Part shown: positions 39,746 through 53,730 of the stretch, piece after piece | How the letters are laid out: each line of letters opens with the position of its first letter | Position numbering within the stretch: position 1 is the stretch's first letter | Assembly: GCA_951406725.2 (NCBI GenBank) | Contig: OX597834.1 | Location: 41,044,001-41,108,000 of the forward strand | DNA length: 64,000 nt | Source of the DNA: Octopus vulgaris | Lineage: Eukaryota | Direction of reading: 5' to 3' | The notes under the pieces: model-generated | What the model was told of the DNA's origin: nothing | Database searches by the model: none | Seen by the model: only the letters and a program-made list of their open reading frames with translations | Program-made: the position numbers and the translations under genes

Positions 39746-41134
39746 TATACATATATCTACATATGAATATATACATGTATATATATACACATACACCCTC
39801 TCTCTTTCTCTCTCTCTCTCACTCACACACACACATATATTTTATTCTTTTCAATTTCTCTGTAAATGTATAATTGTATAAAAATTATAACTGTAAATAG
39901 TTTTGCTAATATTTCTTACACTTTGTATTTTACATTTAGACATGTCTTGTCAAACTTGTGGCAGCAAAATTTGGAGCTCGACTAGCTTGAATTCTTTTTT
40001 TGTGTGCATGTGTGTGTGTGAGCATTTTCTTGTCTTTAAAGATTTACACATTAGCCCCTCCAACTTCTATTATTAGCAAATATAATGGCTGTTTACAGTC
40101 TGAGTTCAAATTCTATTAAGGTCAACTTTGCTTTCATCAATCCTGGATCAATTTAATAATATACCAGTCAAGTACTTGTGTTGATGATGTCCCTTCCTTC
40201 TGTACCTAAATTTTTAAAAATATTATTAAAGAACGATTAATTGGTAGAATCATTAGTGCTTTGGACATAATTACTTTCAATATTTCTGGCCTTGTATCTT
40301 AATTAGAACCTATTATTGATATTGTTCAAATTTCTTCCATTGAATAGGATTAAGAATTAATCACTTCCTTACCACGATTGGGAACCACAAAGGTTCTAGC
40401 TGATAGCCTTTTATTAAAACTCTGGGCCATTTAAGCCAATGAGGAGAACCTCTGCAGAGTTGCTTGACCAACTAGAAATAGCAGCTAAATTTCCCTCAAA
40501 TCTGGACAGAGAAGCTGGAACATTTTTGATTATAAATTTGCTCAGTCAGAGTTGACTTGAGGTTTAACATCATCGACAATAACAATTAGGGCACAAGATG
40601 ATGTCAAGACAAAGAATAGTCAAAAACCACCTCAACTCCTTCCTTCTTTCCTTTCTTCCTACCTTCCTTACTTTCCCACCCAGTGTTCTCCCTCCAACTC
40701 TATCTGACAGAGTTAAACAGAAGACAACGACTGACCACTTGATAGATAGGCGAGGGAGATTGTCATGTTTTCAAGCAATGACCCTTAATATTCAGTATGG
40801 AAACCCCTATACTGGTAGATAATCAAAAAAAAAAAAAAAAGTGAAAAGGAAAATATGTGGCATGCATGAATTCCTACAAATTTCTGGTGTCATTTGAACC
40901 TGTTTTTCCCAGTTTTGATCCTAATTTTAATTTTTACAAAGAGAAAAAATAAATAAATGTAAACAAGTATTTTAAAATATGTCTGTAAATATCATTCCAG
41001 CAGTAAACATTTTTCTATAAATTTTTTTAAATTTTAATTCTTTTGCTAAAGTGTTTGGAATAAATTTTTAGACTTTTATCACACATTCCTATCATCATAT
41101 ATCATTATTATTATTATTATTATTATCATCATTT

Positions 41135-41990
41135 AAGGCAACGGGCTGACAGCATCAGCATCGTTAGGGCAATGAACAAAATGCTTAGCAGCATTTCTTT
41201 TGACTCTTTACGTTCTGAGTTCAAATGTCACCAAGGTTGACTTTGCCTTTCATCCTTTCAGGGTCGATAAAATAAGTACCAGTTGTGCACTGGGGTCATT
41301 GGAACTGACCAGCCCCTTCCTCCCAAAATTTCAGGCCTTGTGCCTATAGTAGAAAGGATTATTAAGGTGGCAAAAGCAGAATTGTCACAGAGTTAGACAA
41401 AATGCCTTGTGGTATTTAGTTATGACTCTTTACATTCTGAGTTCAAATCCCACCAAAACCAATTTTACCTTTTCAACCTTCTAGGGTTGACAAAGGAAAG
41501 TACCAGTCAGTGGGGTCAGTGTGATCAATTAACTCCCTCCCTTTGTACCTTACAAACAATTATCAACATTATGGTGGTGAACTGGCAGAATCGTTAACCT
41601 GTTGGACACAATTCTTTAAAGGTATTTCATCCATCTTTACGTTCTGAGTTCAAATTCCGCTGGGGTTGACTTTACCTTTCATCCTTTTGGGGTCGATAAA
41701 ACAAGTACCAGTTGAGTACTGGGGTCGATGTAATTGACTTACCCCCTCCTCTGAAATTGCTGGCCTTGTGCCAAAATGTGAATCCAATATCAAGGTGGTG
41801 ATGAGAGAATTGTTAGAGTATTGTACAAAGTACTTTGCAGTATTTTACATCCCTTTACATTCTGGGTTCAAATCACACCAAAGTTGATGTAGCTTTTTAT
41901 CCTTCCAGGATTGATAAAATAAAGTACCAATCAAATTTTGGGGTTGATTTAATTGACTGTTCCTTCCCTTCAATATGTTAGGTTTTGTGC
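41135..41990 (+). mobile_element. Head-to-tail run of four diverged family-B-like SINE units
   Basis: ttctg(a/g)gttcaaat...ttt(c/t)atcc...gataaaa recurs about every 210-230 bp. Confidence 0.7.
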
Positions 41991-42109
41991 CCACCTAAGA
42001 AACCATTATTATTATTATTATCATTGTTGTTGTTATGCTTTATTGAATAATAAAAAATGTTTTGGAAATAATTTGACTTTTTTGTTATTTAATTTGTGTT
42101 TTTTTATTC

Positions 42110-42521
42110 ACTCTTTTACTCTTTTACTTGTTTCAGTCATTTGACTGCGGCCATGCTGGAGCACTGCCTTTAGTCGAGCAAATCACCCCCGGGACTTATT
42201 CTTTGTAAGCCCAGTACTTATTCTATCGGTCTCTTTTGCCGAACCGCTAAGTGACAGGGATGTAAACACACCAGCATCGGTTGTCAAGCAATGCTAGGGG
42301 GACAAACACAGACACACAAACATATACACACAAACGCATACATACACACATCTATATACGACGGGCTTCTTTCAGTTTTCATCTACCAAATCCACTCACA
42401 AGGCATTGGTCAGCCCAGGGCTATAGCAGAAGACACTTGCCCAAGATGCCACGCAGTGGGACTGAACCCAGAACCATGTGGTTGGTTAGCAAGCTACTTA
42501 CCACACAGCCACTCCTGCGCC
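42110..42521 (-). mobile_element. SINE family A
   Basis: Full-length copy. Confidence 0.88.
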
Positions 42522-42709
42522 TATAATTCTTTAATTTAATTTTATGCAATTTGAAGGTCTGTGTGTTTCTTTGTCTTCTGAACAACAACAATATTGTCTT
42601 TCGTTTCCTTTGCTGACTTTAAGAAAATTCAATAAACAACTGTTGGGCTACTCACTACGTCAGTTTGAATATTATTACTGCCTCTTCTTCTGTCTTCCTG
42701 AACAAAACA

Positions 42710-42973
42710 TCATCATCATCATCATCATCGTTTAACGTCTGCTTTCCATGCTAGCATGGGTTGGACGATTTGACTGAGGACTGGCAAACCAGATGGCTGC
42801 ACCAGGCTCCAATCTGAACAGTTGGTGTTAGGAAGGGCATCCAGCTGTAGAAACTCTGCCAGATCAGATTGGAGCCTGGTGCAGCCATCTGGTTTGCCAG
42901 TCCTCAGTCGAATCGTCCAACCCATGCTAGCATGGAGAGCGGACGTTAAACGATGATGATGATGATGATGATG
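42710..42973. mobile_element. Inverted fusion of two (ATG)n-tailed SINE 3' ends
   Basis: About 105-bp near-perfect arms with tails pointing outward and an about-45-bp spacer. Confidence 0.85.
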
Positions 42974-43004
42974 TGACATCTCTAAATCATTGGAGCCAAT
43001 GCTA

Positions 43005-43374
43005 TACTCTTTACTTGTTTCAGTCATTTGACTGTGGCCATGCTGGAGCACCGCCTTTAGTCGAGCAAATCGACCCCGGGACTTATTCTTTTTGTAAGCC
43101 CAGTACTTATTCTATCGGTCTCTTTTGCCGAACCGCTAAGTGACGGGGACGTAAACACACCAGCATCGGTTGTCAAGCAATGCTAGGGGGACAAACACAC
43201 ATATATATATACATATATGCGACAGGCTTCTTTCAGTTTCCGTCTACCAAATCCACTCACAAGGCATTGGTCGGCCCAGGGTTATAGCAGAAGACACTTG
43301 CCCAAGATGCCACGCAGTGGGACTGAACCCAGAACCATGTGGTTGGTAAGCAAGCTACCTACCACACAGCCACT
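43005..43374 (-). mobile_element. SINE family A
   Basis: Near-identical to 42110-42521. Confidence 0.85.
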
Positions 43375-43501
43375 ACCAATATTCAACAGTTTATGTGCTG
43401 TTGACAGGAATCCATCATAATTATTTTACAGACATTTGAATGGTACTTGAAACTAAACGCATGTTATTCTTTTGATCTCCATTTATTTCTCAATTTATAA
43501 C

Positions 43502-44139
43502 TGTAGCGGGCTGGATGAAAGATGTGATATCCAGTCGATATGATGTAGCCCACTACTAAATGTAGCATGTAGATGTAACACTTCCAGGTTCTCGTGTCGG
43601 AGTAACCAGTAAACACCGAAGAATCAACACCAAGAAGGAAGAAATATTATTTACATATGTTTATTCGTTTGCCCCACAGGTTGTTAAAGAAACAGAAGCA
43701 ATTCCAGCGATAGTGACAACAAGGTTGACTCGCTGGTTAGTAGTTGATAGTGTAGAAAAAGGTTGCCTGTCAGTAGAGAGTAACAGAGTAAGGAATGCAT
43801 GGTGCTGACTAGAAAGGAAGGATGGAGGTGGCATCGTCTTTCTTGCGGCCGAGGAAAGTGCTGCTCTTGGTCATGGCTGATGGAAAAGAGTGTGTTGCTC
43901 TTTGGTCTGACACAAAAGACGAAGAGATAAGAAATTCTCTCTGTTATATAGACTATAGTCAGTAATGGTGAAACCCTAAACAAAGGGACTGACCTTTCTT
44001 TGACCAACTTAGGTCGTAGGGGGTCGAGTGTTTCCTCATCAATTATCTGGTGTGGTGAGGATTTCTCGCTCGTTTTGACAAGCAACAAGCGGGTGGATTT
44101 AGTTTCAAATCTCAGGCAGGGTCAAGCTAGATCCCTACA
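43502..44139. mobile_element. Solo LTR
   Basis: TGTAGCGG...CCCTACA inverted termini; 5-bp TSD ataac at 43497-43501 and 44140-44144. Confidence 0.8.
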
Positions 44140-45157
44140 ATAACCTTATAGCATTTTCACTTAAGTTGTTACAATATCACAAATATTATGTTGAGGAAAT
44201 TTACTTTATAACAAAGTTGAGATTTATAATGAAATAACTAAAATAATAAGCAATAGCTTCGTTTTAATGACTGCTAGATAAAAAAAAAATCCTAAATTTC
44301 TCATCCGCTTCTGACAGTTTTAATTATCTCTCTCTGATTTTTACATGGACCCTAATAGTATACGAGTACCAAGGAAGGACACCTTGGGTGACGAAGTCTG
44401 AGGTGTACTATTTTACCACGTTTAAAAAATGTAACTGAAGATGCGATGGCCACGACAAGAATGCTTTTAGTCATACACTGCCGAAGAACTGACCTGAGGT
44501 TAAACACACAGATTCTTTGTGCCAAAGAAGACGGCTGTAGTATACCGTAAAATAAAAAAAATCGTCCATAGTAGGCAAACTATTACAAAACACCATAAGA
44601 ACATTATTACAATTACATAATACTTTGTTAATGCAGTACTCACTCGTCTGCTAGAAATAGCAGCCAGATTCGCTAAAACCACGCCCCTATCTTCTTAAAA
44701 TAGATTATACAATTTAGTTGAAAACCAGTTATAATTTTGTGCTCCGAAAAATTCGATGTTTCTAGAGAGATATTCAGAACAAGTATCTGATAAAGAAATT
44801 TAAAAATTACAAAGAATGTCACATGGACAGCTAAACATAGGTAAAGGTAGAACTTCGTTAATTTCTTATAGGGATTGTTAACTCCTGCCCTGATTTAGTA
44901 AGTCCCAGTAGCTAATAGATTTTTAAATATTAATTTCTTTTTTACTAGTTTTTTTTCCTTTTTGCTCAGTGCATATACAATTCCATTTGCACCACACGTT
45001 TCTAGAACTACCAAATCAAAATATGTATGCTCCCGGAAGCTTGTTAACGGTAATATAATTAGATTCTACAGAAAGTAAAAAGCATTTCCTATTTTTACCC
45101 GTTCATTTAGAAAATCTTCATCGAAGTGTTGGACAAACACGTTTTTTGCAATATTAA

Positions 45158-45325
45158 CCCTTTAAGACCGGGTGTGGTTTATCGACACACTGCTAAATTC
45201 TGGAGATGGGTGTGGTATATAAGCCACATTTGTGTTATAAGCTATTTGATTATCATCTTGTATTTTTCCTCTTTCTTTTGCGTCTCGCATGAAAAAACTT
45301 GCTATTTATACCTGTGTTTTAAGGG
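45158..45325. mobile_element. piggyBac-like MITE
   Basis: TTAA|CCCTTTAA...TTTAAGGG|TTAA. Confidence 0.65.
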
Positions 45326-46399
45326 TTAATACATTTTGGTATGCTGAGACATCACTTTGGTTACAGTTTTATTCTCATATATACTTTTACACATGCCTAC
45401 TAAATGATCACAAGCGTTAAATGAAGAAAGACTATGATATTCATGGACAAGTTCGCGTTCATAAAAAAAAATTATTAACAAGAATTACTTTAATTGGAAA
45501 TGACTTTTGTTTTTGGTTTGGCAATAATAGCATAACAATATTGTCAGGATGTCACGCCTAGAAACTGCAGTGCGTCAACCTGTCGTTTCATTTCAAAAAA
45601 TTTAAGCAGCGTCAGTTATATAATAATGACGTGTTCAAATTCCGCCGAGGTCGACTTTGCCTTTCATCCTTTCGGGGTCGATAAATTAAGTACCAGTTAC
45701 GCACTGGGGTCGATGTAATCGACTTAATCCATTTGTCTGTCCTTGTTTGTCCCCTCTCTGTGTTTATACCCTTGTGGGTAGTAAAGAAACATATACAATA
45801 ATGACGTGTAATTTGCATTTCTGGATACCCTTAAAAAGACTGAAGAGTCACGCTTGGAAGGCTTTTGATCGTATTGACTGCTCAATCAAGGTTGATCTGG
45901 GGCTAAACATTTGGAAAAGAGTCCTTAAAACAATTTCCCCATATTAAAAAAAAAAACATATGCATGCAGAACTAGCTACTACATCATCAATAACCGTATT
46001 TACCCTCCTAAACACTACTGCTAGGACACACCACCCGTAATAAAATGCAGGGGAACAGCAACTTTCATGCTCTGATCGGGTGCACCTTGCCTTCCTCTGC
46101 TGAGGACATCGACAGAATGTACAGGAATGCAAAGATAGACTGGGCAGTGTGCAACATGTCCAGGGTGTCACACTGCTCTCCATACGAACGAATCACTTAG
46201 TCGACGAGTGTGGAATGCTGCTCGGCGTACACTTAATTACTCCAGTTTCGCAGGTTTCAGTTTTGTGAACGCCTCACGTTCCGCCATAACAAATCCGCTT
46301 TTTTTACACACCCACTGAAGTTTTACAACTTCCTAAAATCTTCACTGTGTTAAAAAAAAGTTCAATAATTTATTCGTTTCTATATTTTTTGTAAATGCC

Positions 46400-46647
46400 T
46401 AAGAGTAATTGTTGTTGACAAGGCTCCGGAGAAATTGTTTTCACCTCAATAGACGTCATTGATTGGTTGAAATTGCCGAAATGCAAGAAATTAAACAACA
46501 AATAGCTTACAAACTACAGAATTTTCTCAAGGAAGCCAAGAGAAAAAGATGTTTTATGTAACACATTCTATCAGTATACGAAGTTTTAAAGTGTTTAGTT
46601 ACAAAGAAATTATTTTAAAAATCTGCCGGTCAGAGCGAAAAGATCCG
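46400..46647. mobile_element. DNA-transposon-like terminal fragment
   Basis: Ends ...aaaatctgccggtca.a.cgaaaagatcc; the body is shared with 61007-61296. Confidence 0.55.
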
Positions 46648-47399
46648 AGAAATGGTGTCACATGGACGACTTGTGGAGTAAAATTTGAGCTGTAAGCGTC
46701 AATGGAAATTTTGCATCACTTCCAGTATTTCAGCCTCTGAATTACACACCATAGGCCACTCCTCCAGTATTTCGACCTAGGGCTAAACAACGACCTGGTT
46801 ATGTCACAGGCCACCTGAACACAATTAACCAATGAGAAACGACTTAACCGGTGTATCCGGTGTCTCTCGATCAAGTCTTCTCATTTCATTTCCTACCAGG
46901 ACCCCAGGAAGCTGTGCTATTGACCAGCTTCCTATGGCTATGTTATCCTTGTATACATAGTAATCAGTCAGATGTTATGGTCATATAAAGGTCTAACGCC
47001 AAAAGTTATGCCATTGTCTCCTCTGGGGATTCGTCATAAAATGAAATTCTAACGACATTGAGTTTCATTTTGACCTTTTCACAATCCCACTCCATTGACA
47101 TGTAAGTAATGTTGTACATATATACATAACAGGTGATTATTTATTTCGTGTTCTGATTCTACAAAGAGTGTATTTACGACTAGATTTTTAAATAATCGAG
47201 GCGTAAATAGCTTTTTTTTGTTGTTAATGTCTTTTTTTTATGACGAAAAGTCGTGATTTATGTGAAATTGACCTCCTGTGTCGACGTGAGGACATTGTTG
47301 GGTCTGTGAGAATGGAAGGAGGCCGCGGAAAAAAATTTACTCTGACGCAGTGGCTACGATCAGCTTGGCTCGTTTATAGAATGTTTTGCTTTCATTTGT

Positions 47400-47792
47400 G
47401 TATATTTATATATAAAGCTGAAGTTGTCTGTGTATGGCAGGTTTGGTAGCCTTCAACTAACACTATCTCCTCCGAGACCCTGCAGCACAAATTGACCAAA
47501 ATTGAGAGTATTATAGAAGAAGGCCTGCTCTTCCTTCCGTAGAAGATAAAATTCAAATCAGACCATGTTAACACCAAAAATTATTTACATCAAAAAGGGT
47601 GCTTTTTTTCTATGAAAATCCCTATATTTTACGATTTTTTGACTGCTGTGTCGCCAGTTTTCGGTGTATTTCAACCAGAAAAATGTTCACTTAAAGAGAA
47701 TAACAAGCTACATGATGCAAATTTTTTACTTTTCAAAAATTCCAATTCTAAAGGGTCGAAACAAACCCGAGCAACGCCGGGCGACACTGCTA

Positions 47793-47793
<1 letters not shown>
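47400..47793 (+). mobile_element. Non-autonomous Helitron
   Basis: Copy of 20114-20501 ending gacactgCTAG|T. Confidence 0.85.
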
Positions 47794-47830
<37 letters not shown>

Positions 47831-48505
47831 GACTTTAATTATTATTCTTGAGTTTTACTCTAAGCGTAAAAGAACGTAAGGTACGGTGAAAAGTCGTCGT
47901 TAAGAAGTTTGAAAAATATTGGTTTTGGGAGGAAAAAATGCGAATGTTTCAGAATGTGGGAAAACACCGAAGAAACACATTCCGATAATCTTTTTATTGT
48001 CAAAATTCCTTCAGAATCGTAAATTCTTGTTTGAAACTCGAATACTGAAAAACGCAAGGAAGTGGGCATATAATTAGGTATCGTTTTCCCTCCTCATAAT
48101 GTAAAGGGGTAGCTAATCCTAAACCCGCCGAATTTTAAAATTTGGTACCATATCTTTTATTTCAGTTAGGGGACTGGCCGCATGCAGTTCCTTCGTAGTG
48201 AAAGTAAATTGTCCTTGAAAAAGAAGCCGGAAGTGACGATGGTGATATATCAAACTTTCAAAGAGCACGTTTGGCAATCAATCGAAATAAGTTTCCGACT
48301 TCTCAAGATTTGTTCATTAGTATGTGTGTGTGTGTGTGGAATGGAGATAACAAAAACAATTGTTTTATTATTACCCACTAGGGGCGAACATAGAGGGGAC
48401 AATACAATCTGACGTGGGGTCAGATACACGAATGGGATTACAAAAAGATGAATTTAAAAATTTACAAAAATACCAAAATATATGCTTATATATATTCATA
48501 ACTCG

Positions 48506-48696
48506 GGTACTACTTGAGAAGAGTGCGCATAGTCGCGCATCCGCGCTAGCTAGTCGTGACTAGTCGATACTTTGTGTAAAAGAAAAATATTTATTTTGTG
48601 TTTTATTTACTTTGCTAGGCAGTCGTTGTAGGATCGACTAGTCACGACTAGCTAGCGCAGATGCGCGCACCGGGTCCACTCTTCTCAAGTAGTACC
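48506..48696. mobile_element. Foldback MITE
   Basis: TIR ggtactacttgagaagagtg plus inner inverted arm cgcgcatc.gcgctagctagtcgtgactagtcgat; no TSD recognised. Confidence 0.7.
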
Positions 48697-49249
48697 GTAG
48701 AAGACACCGGAGGTGTCATGCAGCGGAACTGAATCTGAAGACACGTGGTTGCAAAGCTAGCTTCGAAATCACACAGCCATGTCTGCGGCGATCTTTTAAT
48801 CTCGATATAGTGGCAGGAAACGAGTGTCGAGAAAAATAATCCGTGATAATCGGCAAGATTCGAGAATTAAATGAAAGTGAAAAGGATTTTTCTCATCGCA
48901 TTTGTTTTTTTTTACAGATTATGTAAATTTTTCAAGAGAAAAGGAAGTGGACAAAGGAAGGTTTGATTGTGGAGCACTTGGCAATGCTGGTGAATATCAG
49001 AAATAGGACGGAATGTTATTCATATCTTAACCGAAAAGAAACGAAAATATTATCGTCAGCAAGTGTTAAAAAAAAGAATTGCTGCTGGGGATGTGAATGA
49101 GTCCAATTCACAATTATATCAGTAAGTAAACTTTAAATCCTTTTTTTTTCTTCAGCCTTTTTTTGGCATTCTTTCGATATAGGTATCTGTCATTGCCTTC
49201 CCAGCTGTTTTGATGGTGTGTTCGATAAAATCCGTAAAAATATTTTATG

Positions 49250-50070
49250 TATTTTTTTTTTCTTTTCATATACCACACACGCTTTGATGTTCGAGAGGGA
49301 CTTTCATTCTCTTAACAGCCACCGTCACCGACACTCACACAGTTGTCCACACAGGCTTGTCTGCAGTGAGACGAAGAGGCCAAATGCTACAAGAACTGGT
49401 GTCTACCATGAAGAATTTCTTCAACACCAGATCTCTGACAAAGAATGCATGAGAAGGAGGAAGGTGCCGTGCCCAACTCCTCCGAGCCTAGTTTACTGAA
49501 AGTTTAAAACTGCATGGCTGGATGGACTCATGTGCTTTATCAGCAAATCTGGAATGGTACCAGCACAGCCCGGAACTATGCGAATGATGCCCATTTTCCC
49601 GGAATAGCTCATCCCTGTGTTGTGTCAGCACGTCTAGTTTGTTTGAAGTGGCGTCATGGTCATGACAGAGAAGAGGATGAAACTGTGGCTGTCGAAAGGG
49701 CTTCAGTACACATGCCATGCGACGATGGCTGGCCAGAAATTTCTTAAATTTTATCTGCCATCATGGCAATCTGGTCTACGGTGTTGTGTTCAAAAGCCAC
49801 GGTCAGAATTGTTCGAATGTTAGATGGCAATCTGGAAAAAGATATTTTCCGTAGTAATGACGCATCAGTTGGGCCACCGCTTAACTCAAGTAGTCTATGT
49901 AAATACTGCAACGGGGTCCTGTCTCCCAACTCCTCATCTGCCATTAATTCATTAAATCTGCTCTCCTCAGACCTGGTGTTGCGGTGTAATATTTCCACTT
50001 TAACAGACGTGTAGGTCGCGTCTGGGCTAGGGTCTGTAGTTAGATCCTTTGCAGAGATGGCGAGTGGTGC
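49250..50070 (-). mobile_element. Ty3/Gypsy gag-protease relic
   Basis: EELGDRTPLQYLHRL...SRLPSNIR...AMMADKI, CWYHSRFADKA...PCSF and FMVDTSSCSIWP (protease-like) appear in the expected order, with stops and frameshifts. Confidence 0.8.
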
Positions 50071-50270
50071 GGGCATTCCACAATACAATAGAAACAGGTT
50101 AGAGTTGGCGACAGGAAGGGCATCCAGCCATAGAAAATCTGCTTTGACAAAGCTCCATCCAACCAATGCAAGCATAGGAATGGGAATGTAAAATATGATA
50201 TTGGAACTTCACCATTTTTCATTCATTTATTGCCAAACTATCAAACGTTTTTTTTTCATATTCCACTTAA

Positions 50271-50489
50271 CCCTTTAGTATTTAAACCGGCCATATCCTG
50301 CCAAAATTGTCTTCCTGTTTTCTGTTCAAACTGACCAGATCCAGGCCCTCACACCTACCCTACAATGTTATTCTACATTAAGTAATTACACCATCAAGAT
50401 CTTGAAGATATGAGATAATGCATGATTAATTCAAATCAATGGGAATCAATAGGCATTATGTTTGATAGAATAATCTGAACACTAAAGGG
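50271..50489. mobile_element. piggyBac-like MITE
   Basis: TTAA|CCCTTTAGT...ACTAAAGGG|TTAA. Confidence 0.8.
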
Positions 50490-50903
50490 TTAAACAATTT
50501 CTTCATGATTTTGTCATATTTTCTTTCTATTTTCGTGCTTTTTTTTTTCAGATATTCTCTTGAAGAACATAAGTAACATTAATCATGACATCCAATCACA
50601 ATTTACCTCCAATTCAACTGACGTTTGCTGAAAGGAATTTGAGGTATTTGTTGTTAATTATTTATTTTCACCTCATGTTACTCATCTCTTCATCAGTTTA
50701 ATTTTCCATTTTGTTTGAAATGTCATAAAATTAGTAGCATTCTTGAAAGCAGCCTGTCTTTGATCAAAGATTTGTTCAGTCAGAGCTGTCTTGGGCCTAA
50801 ACAATGATAATGGTGAATCTTGATATTCAGCGGCTAAAAGAAGAAAGGTGTGGTCACGGCTGAAATATTTTTCATCATAGGCCAATGAGTTAACATCATT
50901 TAA

Positions 50904-51124
50904 CCCTTTCGTTACTGAATTTATTTTGAGATGCTTTGTGTTTCTTCCAATTATGTTAAATATAACAAAGAATTAAGTAAAATAACTTAGTTATCATTAA
51001 GCTAGTGTTAGGGACATAAATTGTGACTAAGGTTTGGTGGAAGATTTTAATTCAGAACTTTTGAAAATCAGACATTTGTACAAAAGAGCCAGAGCCGGTT
51101 TCAGCCGGGTTGGTAACGAAAGGG
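50904..51124. mobile_element. piggyBac-like MITE
   Basis: TTAA|CCCTTTCGTTAC...GTAACGAAAGGG|TTAA with a 12-bp perfect TIR. Confidence 0.85.
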
Positions 51125-51575
51125 TTAATGTCCTTTTGTACGGGTCAGGCAGAAGTTGTTGAAGCAGATTTCCTGTGGCCAGATGCTCTTCCTGTCACCA
51201 ACAGTCACCTGTTTCCAAGCAAGGTAACATTCCCTAGGCCAGACATATTTCCCATTGGAAGACGGGAAACAAAGACATCACTTGCTTGACAATGATGCTT
51301 ATTTACAACCATCACCTGTCATGAATAGTTCTAAGCCCTGAATTGAGGAAACTGAAAGAAGCCCATCATATATGTGTGTGAGATTGTTTGTGTCTCCTTG
51401 TCTTAACATTGCGTGATTGTTGTAACTGAATGTCATTTCCAAAATTCTCCAAAGACAATGCCTAATCATGGGTAAATATTGCTTTGCTTGGAAACAGGAA
51501 GGGCATCCAGTCATAGAAAATCTGTCTTAACTCCATTTGAATTTAATAAGCATGGAAAAGGGATGTTAAAGCGAT

Positions 51576-51615
<40 letters not shown>

Positions 51616-52139
51616 GATAGATAGATAGATAGATATAAATATCTACGATGAGCTCTTTTCAGTTTTTGCCTATCATATCCACTCAGAAGACTTTGGTTGG
51701 CCTGGGGCTAAATAGAAAATGTCCAAGATGCTCTGAACCAGAGACCACATGGGCAGTTTGAAAGTCTATGTATTATCTGCAAATACATTGACTTCACACA
51801 AAGTTGTACAGTGTAATTTTAATAAATCGTGAAATTCAGTTGTTCAAATAAAAAATTTATCAGTATTGAAATGTAAAATTTCCATTGTTTAACCTCTACC
51901 TTTTATTTCTCCTCTATGTCTTATATTATTTTTCTATTCTTTCAGAATATCTAATGACATTGGCAGAAACAATATTTGCTCCGAGTGAGATTATTTGCAA
52001 AACATCTCTCTTTGCATTCTCGTTAAACTTGGACAGCTTTCGAAAGGAATTTGCCACATTTTCAGGCTTCGGAATAGATCACAGTTGGTTAAGATACAGG
52101 TGTAAAAACATCATACCTGTATGATTCTGTTGAAAGTCA

Positions 52140-52260
52140 TCCTTTTAAAAAGGTAACTTAACTACTCTCAAATGTATTCATACAGGAGAAAAACCATATC
52201 ACTGTGGTCAGTCGTTCTCTGCAAGATATAGGCTAACTAGCTTTAGATATTCATAGATAG
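52140..52260 (+). pseudogene. C2H2 zinc-finger remnant
   Basis: ...[29 protein letters not shown]: TGEKP linker is intact but the fingers are broken. Confidence 0.75.
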
Positions 52261-52559
52261 TGAGCATATATCATTATTTTGTTATATACTATGGATAATA
52301 ATAATAAGAAGAAGAATGAGATCATGCTTTGTGTCTTTGGATCCCCTATTTCCTGTGGTTAAGTGGTTTTCACATTTTCATCAACATTTGTGAAGTCTGC
52401 CACTGTAGAAATAGTAGGAATGATATCCTGTATCCCAAGGAAATGTTTGCCCTCCTCTTTGTCATCAACTGGTCTTGTCCTCCTTTGTGCTCTGATTCTG
52501 GTTTCTCGAAGCCTGCATGATAGACACAGTTCTCTATGGAATTTGCTGTTTTTGATATC

Positions 52560-53260
52560 TACAATGCATCAAGGACATTCAGTTTGTCCTCTTCACTGAT
52601 GTTTTCAGCATTTGGAAACATTGAGGCGTACATCTCAAAACTAAACTAGCTTACAAACAACAACAAAGTTTCTGTAGTTCTTTTTAAATCTTAATAATTC
52701 CCTGATTGCATGATTGGTACATGCTTATTGTACTGAGAAGCAGTGTTTTAACCGTGATCGGGTTAAGGTGATCAATGTCTTTGGAGTATGCAATTATTGA
52801 CGATGGGCATCACATTTTGTACTTCATGCTGAAACAATTGATCCAATTCCTTAACTGTAATCAATTAGATTGTGGACACCAATCATGCCTCCTGTTGTGT
52901 TTGTAGGCCAGAGGCAACCTTTAGGCATTCTTGAAGTACCACAGGCTCTTAGATATTCCTTAGGCCAGCTGTGGTAACTTAGCATTGCTGTCTATGTCTT
53001 CAGCAAAGAGATGTATCAACTGGTCTTTGATCTTCCTATCAGTTCAAATTCTTCCTTTTTAGTACCAGTGTCAATGAGTCTCATCTGCTTGCTAAAGTGA
53101 GACAGTTAATTAAAACTGTTTGAAACTAAAGCATCTTCTTTGCACTGTTTTCAGCCATTTTCCTCTCCTTATCTTGAGATGGTCAAGCCAGTCCATATTC
53201 AGCTTGAAATTTTTTCATATCGAAGACTTTTGATTTCTTCCTTTTCTTAATAAGCAACCT
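52560..53260 (-). mobile_element. Tigger/pogo (CENP-B-like DDE) transposase relic
   Basis: Minus-strand fragments FKLNMDWLDHLKIRRG, ADET, KLPQLA*GISKSLWYFKNA*RLPLAY and STISMYQSCNQGIIK parallel FKASxGWLxRFK, NxDET, KLxPLVIGKSxxPRCFK and NTTSxLQPxDQGII. Confidence 0.75.
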
Positions 53261-53730
53261 ATCTAACCCAGAAAGATTCATAGATCAGTGTTGGGTGAAC
53301 CACATATACAGTGTATCATCAAGATGGTGGTGTTGCCTGGCATAAACTTTTTGGATACAACATTTTCCATGATAAAACCTTGTTTTCAAAATTGTAGTCA
53401 GGTCACTACTGAGTCTGCCGTATTCCTTACCCACCTCTGTCCTTGACTTGTTCATTTATCTCGGTCTCCAAAGACAAGCATTTGCATTTTTGACCAAACA
53501 TGATGGATGAAGTTGAAACATTTTTTCCTGCTGCCCATAGGAAGAGGAAAGCCTTAATGTTGATACATCTCAGGCCATTGTCAAGGGATAGTTACTTCAT
53601 TATAGGCAAAGTTGGTCAGCATTTCACTAAATCGGTACTTGGTTTAGTGGGTCAAATTAGTTTATTAAAATGACTGGAAAGTTCTTTACAACTGAAGTAA
53701 GACAATTTACAAAAGACAGGCATGACCTTA

